This document shows positions 22,547 through 35,079 of a stretch of 64,000 nucleotides of DNA, piece after piece. The translations under genes and the position numbers were made by a program. Position 1 is the stretch's first letter; the number at the start of each line of letters is the position of its first letter. Origin of the DNA: Chrysemys picta bellii (Eukaryota); NCBI RefSeq assembly GCF_011386835.1, contig NC_088799.1, positions 100,316,001-100,380,000 of the forward strand, read 5' to 3'. The notes below the pieces were generated by a model that did not search any database, was not told the origin of the DNA, and saw only the letters and a program-made list of their open reading frames with translations.

Positions 22547-25500
22547 TAACATAGCAAGTGCAATCCTGACTAGCCAGGAAAAAACAGCAGCAGGCAAGCA
22601 CTTCAGTGGGTCTGAACACTCCATCTTTAGTTTACTGAGCCTTTGTTAAATGGACGTTTGCACCCCTAGTAATTCTTCATGGGGGTGGGGAGGCGTTGTA
22701 GCATATGTTCCAATACATTCCCATGTGAAAACTCTGACTAAGTAAATTAGTTTCAAAGTATGGACTACCTGCTAAAGTTGAGGAGAGACTGTCATCAGGA
22801 ACTCTAGGAACATTTTAGTTGTAATAAATGTCGTTCTGTAACCTTGTTGGTTCTTTTATGAAGTCAGGAAAATGTGGAGTGGGGCTGAGTTGGGTGGGTG
22901 CTTTTTTTCTTTTCTTTCTGAGATGCCTTCAGGGTTAATGTTGAGAGGTGCAGGCAAGAAATGTCACCTCACTATAAATACTTGAATATTTGTTAATTTA
23001 TAAATTATTCCAGATTGCGAGTAACACTTACATCACACAGTACTCTCCCACCTCATCAACACCATTTCACATTTTGGTTTTGTGCATTTGAAAAGGAGGT
23101 AGAAAAACAAACCATACTTCACGCCTTATTTTGACTAGGAAAAGTGCTGAGTTTGGATCAGGTTTAGGTAACAAACACCAGCTAAACCCAACCTGAACTC
23201 AGCCACTTGTAATCTAAACAAGGCCTCAGAAGGCTGAGCTGAACAGACCTCAGATAAACAATTTGAGTTCAGTAGATGTTATGAGAAGTGTCATTACCTG
23301 ATGGCTACTAAGATTCCAGTTAAAGGATTCAGATTCTAGGAACTACAGAGAGAGAGAGAGAAGGTTTTTGATCTAGGCTAATGAGGTCATTTTCTCTGTA
23401 CAGGCAGAGGAACACACAATGCTAACCTGGATGCCAGGTGATGAGTGTATTAGATATGCCTAAAATAGAAAGGCTGATTTACTGCCTGCCAGGTTAGAGG
23501 AAGGAAAGTACAATCCTTCCTGACCTCAGAGAGGTGGATTTCAGGGAGGCAGAAAAGAAGCTTTAGTCTTTAAAATCTAAAATTCCAGAGGCCAGGTTAA
23601 GACAGGTAGGATAGGTTACCTCTACATATATTTTGAAATTAAGTTTTCTGCCAGATTATCAACATTTCAGTTTGGAGTTTCAATCATGCATTTTTTTTCT
23701 GTATTCACTTATTCAGCATGTTCCCTGTATTGATTTTCACCCTGTACCTAGTGTGCCATACACTGTTTGAGGAAACACACTTGGGTCCTTCTGTTGGACA
23801 GTTTTCTTCCCCACTAGCCTAAGGAGTCCCAGTGTTTTACACACATTACAAGCCAAGGAGTTGCATTGCCGTGGTATGATCTTGCACATCCATTAAAGGT
23901 TTCTGACTGTTGGGAAGCAGAGGCATGATTGCGGGGACTGGGAGAGGAGTTTGGGAGGGATTCATGAAATTATCTCGTGCAGGCAAATTGTGAGGCAATG
24001 GCGCACGACCTCCCCCATGCAGTTTGGCCTTAATTCTGTCTGGAAACAACCCTGCTATTTTAGCCCTAGGCCTCTCGCAAGCAGGAACTGCTAAAATCAT
24101 GCAGAACTGCATGACTCCATGATGAGCCCACACAGTTACTCTGATGAGCTCATCCGTCCCATTTTCACTTGTGGCCAAAGAAAGGATTTGAACACAGGAC
24201 TCCCCAGGTGGAAAGGCTAGTTCATTAACTCTCTGCAGAGAAAGTTATTTCCTTCTTGCCAGCCTCGCCTTCCAATATCCTCCGTATATCATTGATCTGT
24301 AGCGCTGACCTTGTAGGGGTTTCTAATCCCTGTTTCTTTTTTAATTTCCTTCAGTTTCTTGGGGCATGTTAAAAAGAATGAATGGGCAGCATGCATAAAA
24401 CCAAGCCAGGCTTACTTTGGGAAGACTAAGCTGACCTGACTCCACAGTCATCTGCCTGGGCAGAAGATACCACCTGTCTGTCATATATGTCAAAGGATTT
24501 TAAAACGTGAGACAAGGGATTGCCTAAATCTTTTTCCTCTTGCTCTGAAACTCTGAAGCACTGAACACCCATCAGCACTGCTCTGCATTACTCATTTATT
24601 CCTGACTTGACATTTCTTCAGAGTCACTGGGTAAAACCACAATGAATTTTCCTTGTGTGTGTTTATCTTGCTAATTACATGGCCTGTACCCTATACATTG
24701 GCGTCAATGAATCCATTTGTGATGCAGCTGAGACATATATACTGTAGCATTAGATAACATATGAATGCTGTCAAACAGTTTAATCAGACACAAAGCTGCC
24801 TGGTTTTGTGCCCTGTCCTACCTCATTGCGATCTCAGAAAGTAAGCCCAGCTTTCCTGAACGAAGAACGATTCCGACAAGTCTCTGTGTGTACTCTCTTT
24901 GCATAATTTCTTGGACCTTGCCCTGTTCCACCTGCTTAATAATGTTAAGCTTATTTATGGATAATTTATATGCAGCCCACTCTGCAATGGCACTCTGGCA
25001 AGAGGTATTTCAGAACTTTGGGAACAACCTTCTTCTGTAGCTTTCTGCCCCCAGTTTGTAAGACCCCCTAAGTGCAAATGCTTCATCAGCACTTCTTCCT
25101 TGACCCTGCATGAAACATCAACATGCAAAACAGTAAGCACTCTGTCTGTTCCTCACAGCTGTATTCTATCCTGCACCCCCACCTCCTAAAAAACCCTCTT
25201 TCCACTGAGGTGGATTAGAAACTCTTTGTGTTTGCCACAAATCTGGTTTTTTGGGGGGGTGGTTTTTTGGTACATAAAATTGGAATGCTAGGCTGAGATA
25301 AACACTCACCCTTCTGGTTCCTCCTTTATTACAAGAGCAGAGTATTTCTGCAGTGCTTAGTACCGTGGGCCCTGGAAGCTCTCGGCGAAAGTGAACTGTT
25401 ACTGGAAAGCATTGTTCATTCCGCTTGTTTGTTCTACATCTTCCTAGAAGCAGCATCTAGCAAGAAAATTCAGAGCGGGGAGTGTAAAGGGAGTTCTGTA

Positions 25501-25783
25501 TGTGGCTCAGTTGGAAGCTTTCTAGTTGGGGGAAAAAACACTTATCTGTCACAATTCATTTTCTTGTGTCTGTATAAGACATACACACAGACAGAGTCCT
25601 GAAATGGCCTCGATAGACATACATACCTTGTGATACACTCTTCCTGTGCGTAACTGTGATACAAGATGTTACAGGTACTGAAATTTATGGACCAGATCCT
25701 CAGAACCTGATTTAAATGATCTGTTGGGGATTCACAGTGGCTCCGACCCCACGCCATCCCTGGGCCTTTTGTGACTAGCCTGG

Positions 25784-26965
25784 TGTGACGTTGTGCAGTC
25801 TATATGGTTTTATAAAAACTTGATAATAAGTCAATATAATGTAACTGAGATAGTTTTAGAGAAAATACGGTAATAAGTGAATGTAAGTAACTGGGATATG
25901 CCTCACGCAAAAGGTGTCTTGTAAGGTATCATTACAAAGCTTATAATCTACTGAGTGTGATCATCTGATTTGTATAAATGTACCACTCTTGTATCTAAAA
26001 CTAGAAATATAAAATGTAACTCTGAGGGCCTATTGTAATTGTGTAAAGTGTGGACCATTAATGATGGTTTGGAATCTTGATGACTCCCATTGTCTGCAGA
26101 TGGCTGTATTTACCTGTGAGTCTTCCTGTATATGTGTGTGCTGGCAAGTGAGTAATGAAGTCTTGCAGTGACATGTGATCATGTCACCTGAACTGGAATC
26201 CATCTTTAACCTGGTGCTTTTCCAGTGAGGGGGGGTGGAAACCCAGAGAGACAAAGAGTTCCCGCCTTATGCAAAAGATATATAAAGGGGGGGAAGAGAA
26301 CAGAGAAGGGGAGAAGCCATCATGAAGAATCCCCTAGCTACCACCTGAGCTGCAACAAGAGCTGTACCAGGGGAAAGAATTGTGCCCAGGCCTGGAAGGT
26401 GTCCAGTCTGAGAAACTTACTGAAACATCTCTGAGGGTGAGATTATCTGTATTTAGTTTGATTAGGCATAGATTTGCGCATTTTATTTTATTTTGCTTGG
26501 TGACTTACTTTGTTCTGTCTGTTACTACTTTGAACCACTTAAATCCTACTGTCTGTATTTAATAAAATCACTTTTTATTTAGTAATTTACTCAGAGTATG
26601 TATTAATACCTGGGGGAGCAAACAACTGTGCATATCTCTCTATCAGTGTTATAGAGGGCGAACAATTTATGAGTTTGCCTTGCATAAGCTTTATGCAGGG
26701 TAAAACGGATTTGTCTGGGTTTAGACCCCATTGGGAGTTGGGCATCTGAGTGCTAAAGACAAGCTGTGAGCTGTTTTCAGGTAAACTTGCAGCTTTGGGA
26801 CAGGAGATTCAGACCCTGGATCTGTGTCTGGAGCCAGACGGGAGTGTCTGGCTCAGCAAGACAGGGTGCTGGAGTCCTGAGCTGGCAGGGAAAACAGAAG
26901 CAGGGGTAGTCTTTGCACATCGGGTGGCAGCTCCCAAGGGGGTTTCTGTGATCCAACCCGTCACA
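25784..26965 (+). mobile_element. Solo LTR (1182 bp)
   Basis: Perfect inverted termini TGTGACG...CGTCACA; perfect 5-bp TSD CCTGG (25779-25783 and 26966-26970); TATATAAAG near 26280 and AATAAA near 26561. Confidence 0.92.
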
Positions 26966-26992
26966 CCTGGGTCCATGACTCAGCTGCTAGAC

Positions 26993-27154
26993 CAGTGGTC
27001 TCCAAACTTTTTTGATCGCGCATCCCTACCAGTAAAAATTTTTTGAGCACGCACCCTCTGCATGCACCCGAACTGCCAAAGCAAAAACAAACAAAAAACG
27101 CCGCTCGGACTCCCGCCCGAACTGCCGAAGCGCACCCCACTTTGGAGACCACTG
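26993..27154. mobile_element. hAT (Charlie-like) MITE (162 bp)
   Basis: Perfect 14-bp TIR CAGTGGTCTCCAAA...TTTGGAGACCACTG and perfect TSD TGCTAGAC. Confidence 0.93.
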
Positions 27155-27927
27155 TGCTAGACTATGTCAGAAGAAGGCAATCCACCTCCACTCTACAGAA
27201 TGCACCTGGCCTACTGAGCCCTGTTACATGGACCCTCCTGACCCCTCATCTATGGTACAATATGGACACTGAGAAGGGGGGAAGACCGAGTTCCATTTAT
27301 TCCTATGCCCCGGCAGCGGCAGAAACACTGACTGTGAGGGGTCGGCTCATCTGACACGGGCTGATGATTCCTGCTCAATACTCCACAGAAGGGGGGGTGG
27401 GGTGGGAAAACCTCATGGGACAAATTCCTTCCAGCCCCTAAATAAATTTAACCCTGCACACATGATCAGTAATCACCTTAAATCCTCTCTGACTAGGTTT
27501 CTCATTCAGTTACACATTAGATCCATATGATCACATGAAGCAAGTATGTTTTTACATGTAAGTACTCACACGATTTCTGCTGTTTATTTAATGCGACAGT
27601 AAACAGTACCAAAAAGGTCAGAGGACAAAGCAGGAAAAAAAGATTAAAAGAGGAAGATTAAGAAAATAGTATAGCTGGGGGGGAAATAAACACAGGAAAA
27701 GCTACAAAGCTCAAGCACTTCCCCAGATATTTAAACAACATTATGATTGATTCAAAATGTATATGTTTGTAGAAACATTTAAGAAATTGACTAGATTTTG
27801 CAGGACAATATTAGAGAACAAAAAGAAGGCACACAATGACTCTGTCTCTGGTGCCTGTAATAATAGCAGCTTAGTTATTATGTAGCAACTTCACGCTGTA
27901 GCTCTCAAAACATTTTTAAAAGGGACA

Positions 27928-28045
27928 ATTATCCCCATCTGACAGATGGGGAAACTGAGCCACAGAGCAGTGAAATTATTTGCCTAAGGTCTTATCTAAC
28001 AGGTCAGTAGCAGAGCTGGGAATAGACCCTCGATCTCCCAGGGCC
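27928..28045 (-). mobile_element. MIR/CORE-SINE
   Basis: ATTATCCCCATCTGACAGATGGGGAAACTGAGCCACAGAG...CAGAGCTGGGAATAGA resembles the reverse complement of the MIR core and head. Confidence 0.7.
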
Positions 28046-29141
28046 TAGTTCATACCTACTGTCTTCCTATCTGCTCAGAGCTCTTTAAAGACCTCTCTGC
28101 AGTGACTGGGAGCCAATACATACAAAGAAAGCTTTGGTTGTTCCGTATTTCCCTGTGTTTACCTTGCACTGGACCAATGCAAAGTGCCAGTGCTCATGGC
28201 CTCATTCCAGCTCCCACTGAAAAGTGAGTGCGATCAATCCCAGAGCAACTGTTACGAGTGAGATTTTCAAAAGTGCTCAAGCCTTGGCCAAACTCTGTAA
28301 AACTCCTGTTGACTTCAACAGGCACAGAGGCAGGCCGCTGCCAAGTGCTTTGGAAAATCCCGCCCTTGGCGCATGTATTGGACAGAGGCAACGTTATTGT
28401 TTGCAGAGGCAAAGCCACCATAGTAAGTAACAGTCACTTTCCTGAGAGACGGAGTCTGTCCTGTCTGCTGGGACAATATTTGTTCTAAACATGCGTAAGA
28501 GCAACCGTATTCCTCACGGCTCTTTATCAATGGGAAGAGAGGGAGCAGGTCTCCCCCATCAAGGGAAAAACATTTGCCCATATGGTTTACTTCTGAGTCT
28601 GTCTCCTGCAGCCACTGTACCTCTCACCCCATCTATCTCCATATACCTGGTCACCCCAAACCAAGAGCCCTTGACTTGTAAAAGATAATGGGGAGGGAAA
28701 CTGGGAACAGAGAAATCACCTCCATAGTCATTCATGGAAATTCACTTCTCATGTATGTCTTCAGCTATAGTCATATACAGACTACAAGAAGTGGGTCTTT
28801 ATTTAGTGAGACTGACCTCAGCTATAAAGTAAAGGGGTTTTCCCAACACAAAACCAATCATTGACGGTTGAGCTCAATCCACACCCATGAGAGTCAATGT
28901 CAAAACTCCCACGGGCTTCAGGAGCAGACCCATTGAGGGCTACGTCCTGCATGACCAGGTAATAACAAGTGAGAAACAGGAGTAGTGTGTCAACTTGAGC
29001 CCAGGCCTGGGCTGCAGGAACACTTGGGTTCTTTGAACCCTGGCTCTGCTAATAATTCGCCCTGCGACCTTGGACTAGTCGATATCCCAATTCCCCGTCT
29101 GGAACGTGGAGATATTTCTTTCCTGCTGTGAGGATGAGCTA

Positions 29142-29306
29142 GGGCTTGTATGCACACAAATTCAAACGGGTTCAGCCAAACCTGCTCTAGACTAACTGCA
29201 GCTAAACTGAAATAGGCCTGCTTTAAACCAAAACAAGAGGGAGCTGTACTGGTTTAAAAATCAGCCTTTACTTCAAACTGGCACAACTGTCTATGTAGAC
29301 AAACCC
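29142..29306. mobile_element. Older PIF/Harbinger-like palindromic MITE
   Basis: Termini GGGCTTGTATGCAC...TGTAGACAAACCC, similar to the termini at 9686/11091 and 22261/22546. Confidence 0.6.
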
Positions 29307-30770
29307 TTCACGTGTGTGTGCAGGAAGGCGCTGAGTGTAGATTCCAATACTTGTACACGTGCTGAGGTGCACCTCCCCCCACACTTAGCCCATAGATTTG
29401 GGGCTGCAGGGCAACGACCCATAAGGACTACTTAGGTGTATGAGGTTCAGCATATACATGAGCGTTTGCAAAATCGGGGGGTTCAATGATATTCATCTGC
29501 ATCATTATGCTGCAGCACGTTAAAATCATTAACCACAGGCTTTACCTGTGCAAGGCTCTGTGCTATCTCACCTTAGACAGGTTCTGAAGTAGCCTCTTTC
29601 TACTGAACAAATTTCAAACCTCTAGCAGGAAGATGTACTGTGTTTTGTGACTCAGATTACACCATGGATGAAGCCCTGTAGTGCAAAGGGAGTGCAGTGT
29701 CAGCTGGATTTAGTTATCTTTTGAAACTCCCACTCTTATGTCTTTTCAATTAGAGACATGAATAGGAAGTCAGAGGGGTTTCTTAAGGAATCAGAAAAGC
29801 ATCTTGTTCCAAGTAATTACTGGTCTGCCATGAATAAAATGGTTCCTTTCTCTCAAACACCACAAAGACTATTAAAAGTATTACTGATAAAAGGCTAGAA
29901 GCTGGGGAAATGACTAGACTAGACTATTTTTAGCAGCAGTGGCATCTGGACAACATGAGAATTGCTTGTTACAAATTTAGCACAGCTGATGTTTGAAGAA
30001 AATGTTTGCTAGACAAACTGAAGTCACACAGAGCAATACCAGCTTAGCTCAAAATGCTAACTCAGGAACCAACAAGAAAAACATGAAACTGGCTATTACC
30101 GAGTCCCATATAAAAACAACATTTTCTTTGTCAGATAAATATAAACAAGTAATTATGTTTTAGGACTTGGTAACGAGCACTTTGAGTAACACTTCTTTAT
30201 GACTATGCTCACCTTGAGAGCAGAAGGGATTGATAGGTACCCGAGAAATAAGGTGAATGGAGGTTTTTCTGGGAACAGTGCTAGGCAAACCATGTTATAG
30301 ACAAAAGTAGGAAAGAAAGGACGTCTGCTCGCACACTCCCCCTCTGCTGTTAGACTCTCTCTCTCTCTGCTGTGTCAGCTGCAGTCTATGCCAAATGCCA
30401 GCTGCTTCATTTCAGGTCGATTAAGAGAGGAAATCTATTAAAAAGTCCAGTGTGTTTAAATAAACAATGTCAATATTTTAAATACTGAAACTATTTAAAA
30501 ACATGCAATTAATTTCTGACCTGAGATATTTTATCTGAGCACATGTTAAATAGATAAGTTATAAACCCTTAACCCTTAAAAAAGTAGTTTCACAGTGTAA
30601 ATGCTCACAAAACCTTCGCAAGACTCAGACCCGCTACAAACGGAGCTTTGTGCAAGTTGCAGAAAATATCCACTCCTGTCATAGTTACTGACATGAGGAG
30701 CCACAGTGAAGTCTAAGGGTTAGCAGGCCCCAAATGGATGTTTGAAGGAGGAGGGTGGAGAGGTGTAACT

Positions 30771-30772
<2 letters not shown>

Positions 30773-30804
<32 letters not shown>

Positions 30805-30821
30805 TGTGTGTGTGTGTGTGT
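30773..30821. repeat. Compound (AG)n(GT)n microsatellite
   Basis: Direct observation. Confidence 0.97.
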
Positions 30822-31459
30822 CCGTCCCCTACACCTGCAGAATCCAAAGAGTAACAAAATGCTATACACTGACTGTTGCCCTTTTTTGCTTTTTGTTCAA
30901 AGCACCAACCCATTTGGTAGAACAAAGATCTTGGGGCACTTACAAATTAATTAACAAAAATGGTTTGGGCTCAGATTTAAAACAGCATAAAAGTGAAAGT
31001 GTTTCGCTCAAGAAAGGGTTGGGGTATGGGCTGCAGGAAAGCCCCACCACCAATTTCTGTAACTTCAAATGAAACTGACACCCCTCCTCTTGCTCCTTCT
31101 CCAGAATGACTTATTTCTACACCACAGCATTTCTGTCTGTCCTGGGACTGAAAGCTTTGAGTCATAATAGAAATCAGCCCACTCGGTGCAAGCTGCACTT
31201 TTTAAATAGGCAACCACCATTTTTGTGCAACATATTCAAGAAATGACATTGGATCAAAAGCATTTCTCAGCCATGAAAGTGAGAGAGGGAAAGTTAGCCA
31301 CCCAATAAAGAGATGCAATAGATTTAAATCAAGTCCACAGCAGCCATTTAAATGGCCAAGTGAAAGAAGGCACAAATCAGGGATATATTTCCCTCCACCC
31401 ACACAAAGAAACCCCCTGCATTCTTACAGATTCTCTCACACACACTAATGCTTTTGATT

Positions 31460-32040
31460 TGAAATTAGCTCTTGGATGAAGACCAGCTGTCTTAAGTTGA
31501 GATCAGGCAAGATCAAAGTGATGCTGGTCAGAAGACCTTCTTTCACCTCCAGCTTGCTAGAAAATGTCATCCCTTCCTCCCGGGTGAGAACCTGACTACA
31601 GGGACATGCATGTGTCCTCTGCAGGCTGGATCACTGCAGTTCATGGTACTGGAAGCTGAACGTGAAGACGATGCACAGGATCCAAGTGGTACGGACTGCA
31701 GCTGCTCCCTTCTCGATGGCTGTGTCTGCCGTGATCCTACGAGGCCTGCGCTCAAGTCCCTCTGCTGGCTCCCGGTCAGCTCCTAGTACTTGGTCCTAAC
31801 ATTCAAAGCAATTAATAGATCAAGCCCCAGCCACATCATAGACTGAATTTTGATTTACGAACCTGCAATATCTGCGCTCCTCTGGGATACCACAGATCTC
31901 AAAGCCCCAGCCTAGACAAAGCTTATGAGTGCAGGGAACAAATCATGCCCTGTGGAAGGGATCTTGCGATAGAACAATCTTCCAGAGGAGATCAGGCCAA
32001 CCCAGAAACTATCTAGGAAACACTGCAAAAACTTCCCCTT
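31460..32040 (+). mobile_element. L2-clade LINE 3' fragment (degenerate)
   Basis: Manual translation WMKTSCLKLRSGKIKVMLV (cf. WMxxNxLKLNxxKTE), LKTMHRIQVVRTAAA, LKSLCWLPV and NLPEEIR. Confidence 0.7.
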
Positions 32041-33463
32041 TGAAAAGGACTTTCTACCAGAATGACACTCACAACACTGACATTCGCTTCTCTCCCTAAA
32101 GACACACCAACAAAAAAGGGGAAAAAACCCTCCTCGCAAGAGGGAGAAGTGCCGGAGTCTCCATGAAGTCCACCTGGCACTTGACTGTTGCTATTGATTT
32201 CATGTGGCAGGCACCCAGATAGTATGAGGAGAAGCAGCAGTGTGAAACCGTTGAGCTATATTGATTGTTTGAGAGATGTGTCCATTATTGATTATTACTA
32301 TTATCTAAGGTTATTAGCTGGGAATCAGCATTGCACTCCAAAGGGAAGGGAGGGGGAACAGCTAGGCCCAGAAAGTCTCACCCAGGAAGCTGTACAGTCT
32401 GCTAAGGTTGAAAGGGTCCCAGGCAGAGGTGTCATGGTGCCAGAGCAGTCCTGGGCATCGCCCTGGCACCTGAAATCCAGGACTTTGTGAGGAGGGGCAG
32501 GGGCGAAGGGAAGGGGGGAGGTGTGAGAGGGGGAGTTGAGGGGGGAGGGGCAGGGCTCTGGTACTGTAAAATTTAGCACTAAATCACTGGTCCCAAGGCA
32601 TGTCTGTGATTTCCGGTGCAGGCAGCCCTCCCCACACTGGTTCCGATCGAAGTAGAGTGCTAACGGTAGAAGTGTAGCCATGGCAGCGCAAGCAGCAGGA
32701 TTTGGGGGGTGGGGGTTGGCCATTCCACATACGATCTTATCTTGTTTGAGAGCCTAGGTACATACTGGAAATGCCGCCTTCCAACTCCACCATGGCCATA
32801 CCCAAAGTAACTGCTCAGACAACCTCTGTAATGCTCCTGTTACGCGCGTGAGCTACGTCTGTATGTAGGTAAACAGTCAATAGAGAAAGGACCAGCAGGG
32901 GTTCAAGGATACATGTTGGCTTTGTTGGCCCAATACAGGTTGTGCCCTGCAAATGGCTTCCTCTGGCAGCTCTTTGCAGCAGCTCTCAACAGGCTGGGTG
33001 GTGGTCTCTGCACAGAGCTCTTCCCAGCCTGCCTTTGCCCTGAACTCCCTTCAGATCAGCCTTCTCTGCCGGCCCCCCAGGTCACCCAATAACGGGATAG
33101 AGTCCCTAGAGGGGTGAAGGGCCCAGTTGCCTCCCCCACCCTCACTAGTTTCCTCTTCCCATATCAAATTTCCTGGCCCCTTCCACTCTCCAGAGCACGG
33201 CTGCTGGTTTGCCAGGTAGGACTTACAGTGAACTGCTGCCCCCAGTCGGCCAGTCTGGGCCAGTCCCTCCCATTTGCACTTTCCCTTTCAACAAAACACT
33301 CCGTGTAACACGCTCCTAGCACGAGACTGTCCCTCAACTCCACCTAACAGACACCGGTATCAAAAACCTGGCCTCATTCTTCCGTGGCCCTGCACCAGCT
33401 ATGTGCTCAGCGCTGTACAGAAAACAAGATTCATGCATCTATAATCTATGCTTGATAAATAGG

Positions 33464-33497
33464 CTGCGATTCCTAGTTTGGTCACTAGGTGGCACTG
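33464..33497 (+). promoter_or_regulatory. Candidate extended CTCF motif
   Basis: Core GGTCACTAGGTGGCACT preceded by CTGCGATTCC at a spacing like the upstream CTCF module. Motif match only. Confidence 0.5.
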
Positions 33498-33634
33498 AGT
33501 ATGAGATGAAGGTGAAAGGAAGCTGGGACAGCTCTAGTTAGAGTAAGTGCAGTAGAGAAGCTTGTAATGGCTGCATTGCAATAAAAAAAAAAGTGCTAGA
33601 GTGAAACCACTGCCATCTGTCTTTGTTTTGCTAA

Positions 33635-33800
33635 CCCACTTCTCTGGTCTGCGTTGGCAGTTTGATACTATGTTGGCTACAGGCTCTTTTCCTAAGTTTG
33701 TTGAAGGCAGCACGAGCTGGCTTGATATTGCTGAGGGCTTCCAAGTCTATTATTTCTCACTGGAAAAAAGTTTTGCCCAAGTACTGTACATGTCATTTGG
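33635..33800 (-). mobile_element. RTE-clade LINE RT C-terminal fragment
   Basis: Minus-strand translation VQYLGKTFFQ*EIIDLEALSNIKPARAAFNKLRKRACSQHSIKLPTQ resembles the RTE pattern FxYLGS...IDxEV..RIxKAxxAFxxL. Confidence 0.62.
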
Positions 33801-34057
33801 AAATGGGCGAAGCAGGGTGGTTTTGCAACACTGAAATGAAACCAGGGGCGGTTTGGATCTGGATCTCATTTTATTTGAAGCCCCAGCATTTCAAAATTGG
33901 AGCGGTAGGAACACGCAGGACCATAGTGACAGCCTCTCAGGTGAGCTGTCAACGAATCGGTGAGCAGGAGTGATAAATACCTGACACCACAAAGAAACCC
34001 GTCAAATAGGCCCTGAAGATGTGAAGCACAGACGTTAGAAAGGGAAATGACTTATCA

Positions 34058-34129
34058 GGGTGAAATCCTGGCCCCTTTGAAGTCAATGGCAAAGCCCCTA
34101 TTGACTTCAGTGGGTCCAGAACTCCACCC
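34058..34129. repeat. 72-bp palindromic mini-element (GGGTGAAATCC-type termini)
   Basis: GGGTGAAATCCTGGCCCCTTTGAAGTCAAT...ATTGACTTCAGTGGGTCCAGAACTCCACCC; related copies at 44409 and 47964. Confidence 0.7.
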
Positions 34130-34313
34130 AATAGTTTCAAAGCTATACCCTGCCAATGCAGGATTTTTCCCTAAGGAACATTTTTCTTGTCCTTTGTCCC
34201 GTTTATTGTTATTTGCTTTAACAATTATAATGCAGAAGTGCCCAGAAACCAACTGGGTCAGGCTTCCATTGTGCTAGGGGCTGTACAAATGGTTAGTAAA
34301 TATATGTCTCTGC

Positions 34314-35079
34314 TCTCATAGTTTCAGGGTAACTGCACTTGTATTTCCCCTCCACGGTCCCTTGAGGGAACCTACTTAAGGTCTCAGGACTCCATCTGTC
34401 ACCTCCCTTGGGTGGAGATCTGCATCCCTCTCGAGAGGGATTTTGAAGTTGCATAGCCTCCTGCCACACACTGTGATATCCCCAGCAAGCCAGTCTGCGT
34501 AACGGCCAACGCATGACCTGTGATTTCTCTCAGAGAACAATGCTCAGCGTGTGCCAGCAGTAACAACTTACCATACAGCTCTTTCTTAGCACAGAACATT
34601 TATTCTGAGGATAAAAGCATCACAGAGAAAACATAAAAAACAATAAACATTCCTACACACCTACTAACTCCACCAGAAACTGCTCATCTTCCACCTGGAG
34701 AGTCTGGTAGGCTAATGTCCTGTCAGCAAGGGTTGGGGTCCCCTTGGGACCAAAGCTCCTGTCTGGTTGCTGAATCAAAAGGGAGACCCTGCGTCTGTTT
34801 CAGATCAGCCTTTCTATATCCCAAGTTCTTTCTTCATCTCTTGGTCTCTGGAAAACCCAGTTTGAACCAGTACGTGCACACCATCCAAGGAGGTGGCACC
34901 TCCTTCGAATTGTTTATAATCTTCACAACTCACCTTAATCATCCTCCACTGTTTTTAGTTCTTGGAGGAGCTGTGGTAGCCCTACCCTCATAGAGTAGAA
35001 CACAGTCATACATAAACCACTCATAAATTGAATACAATGGTCCCCAAAGATACTGCATGGGGTTGCAATATCTGCCACA
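34314..35079. mobile_element. Probable LTR (degenerate ends)
   Basis: Resembles turtle LTR sequence from recall; right end ...TGCCACA; no TSD confirmed; boundaries approximate. Confidence 0.4.
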
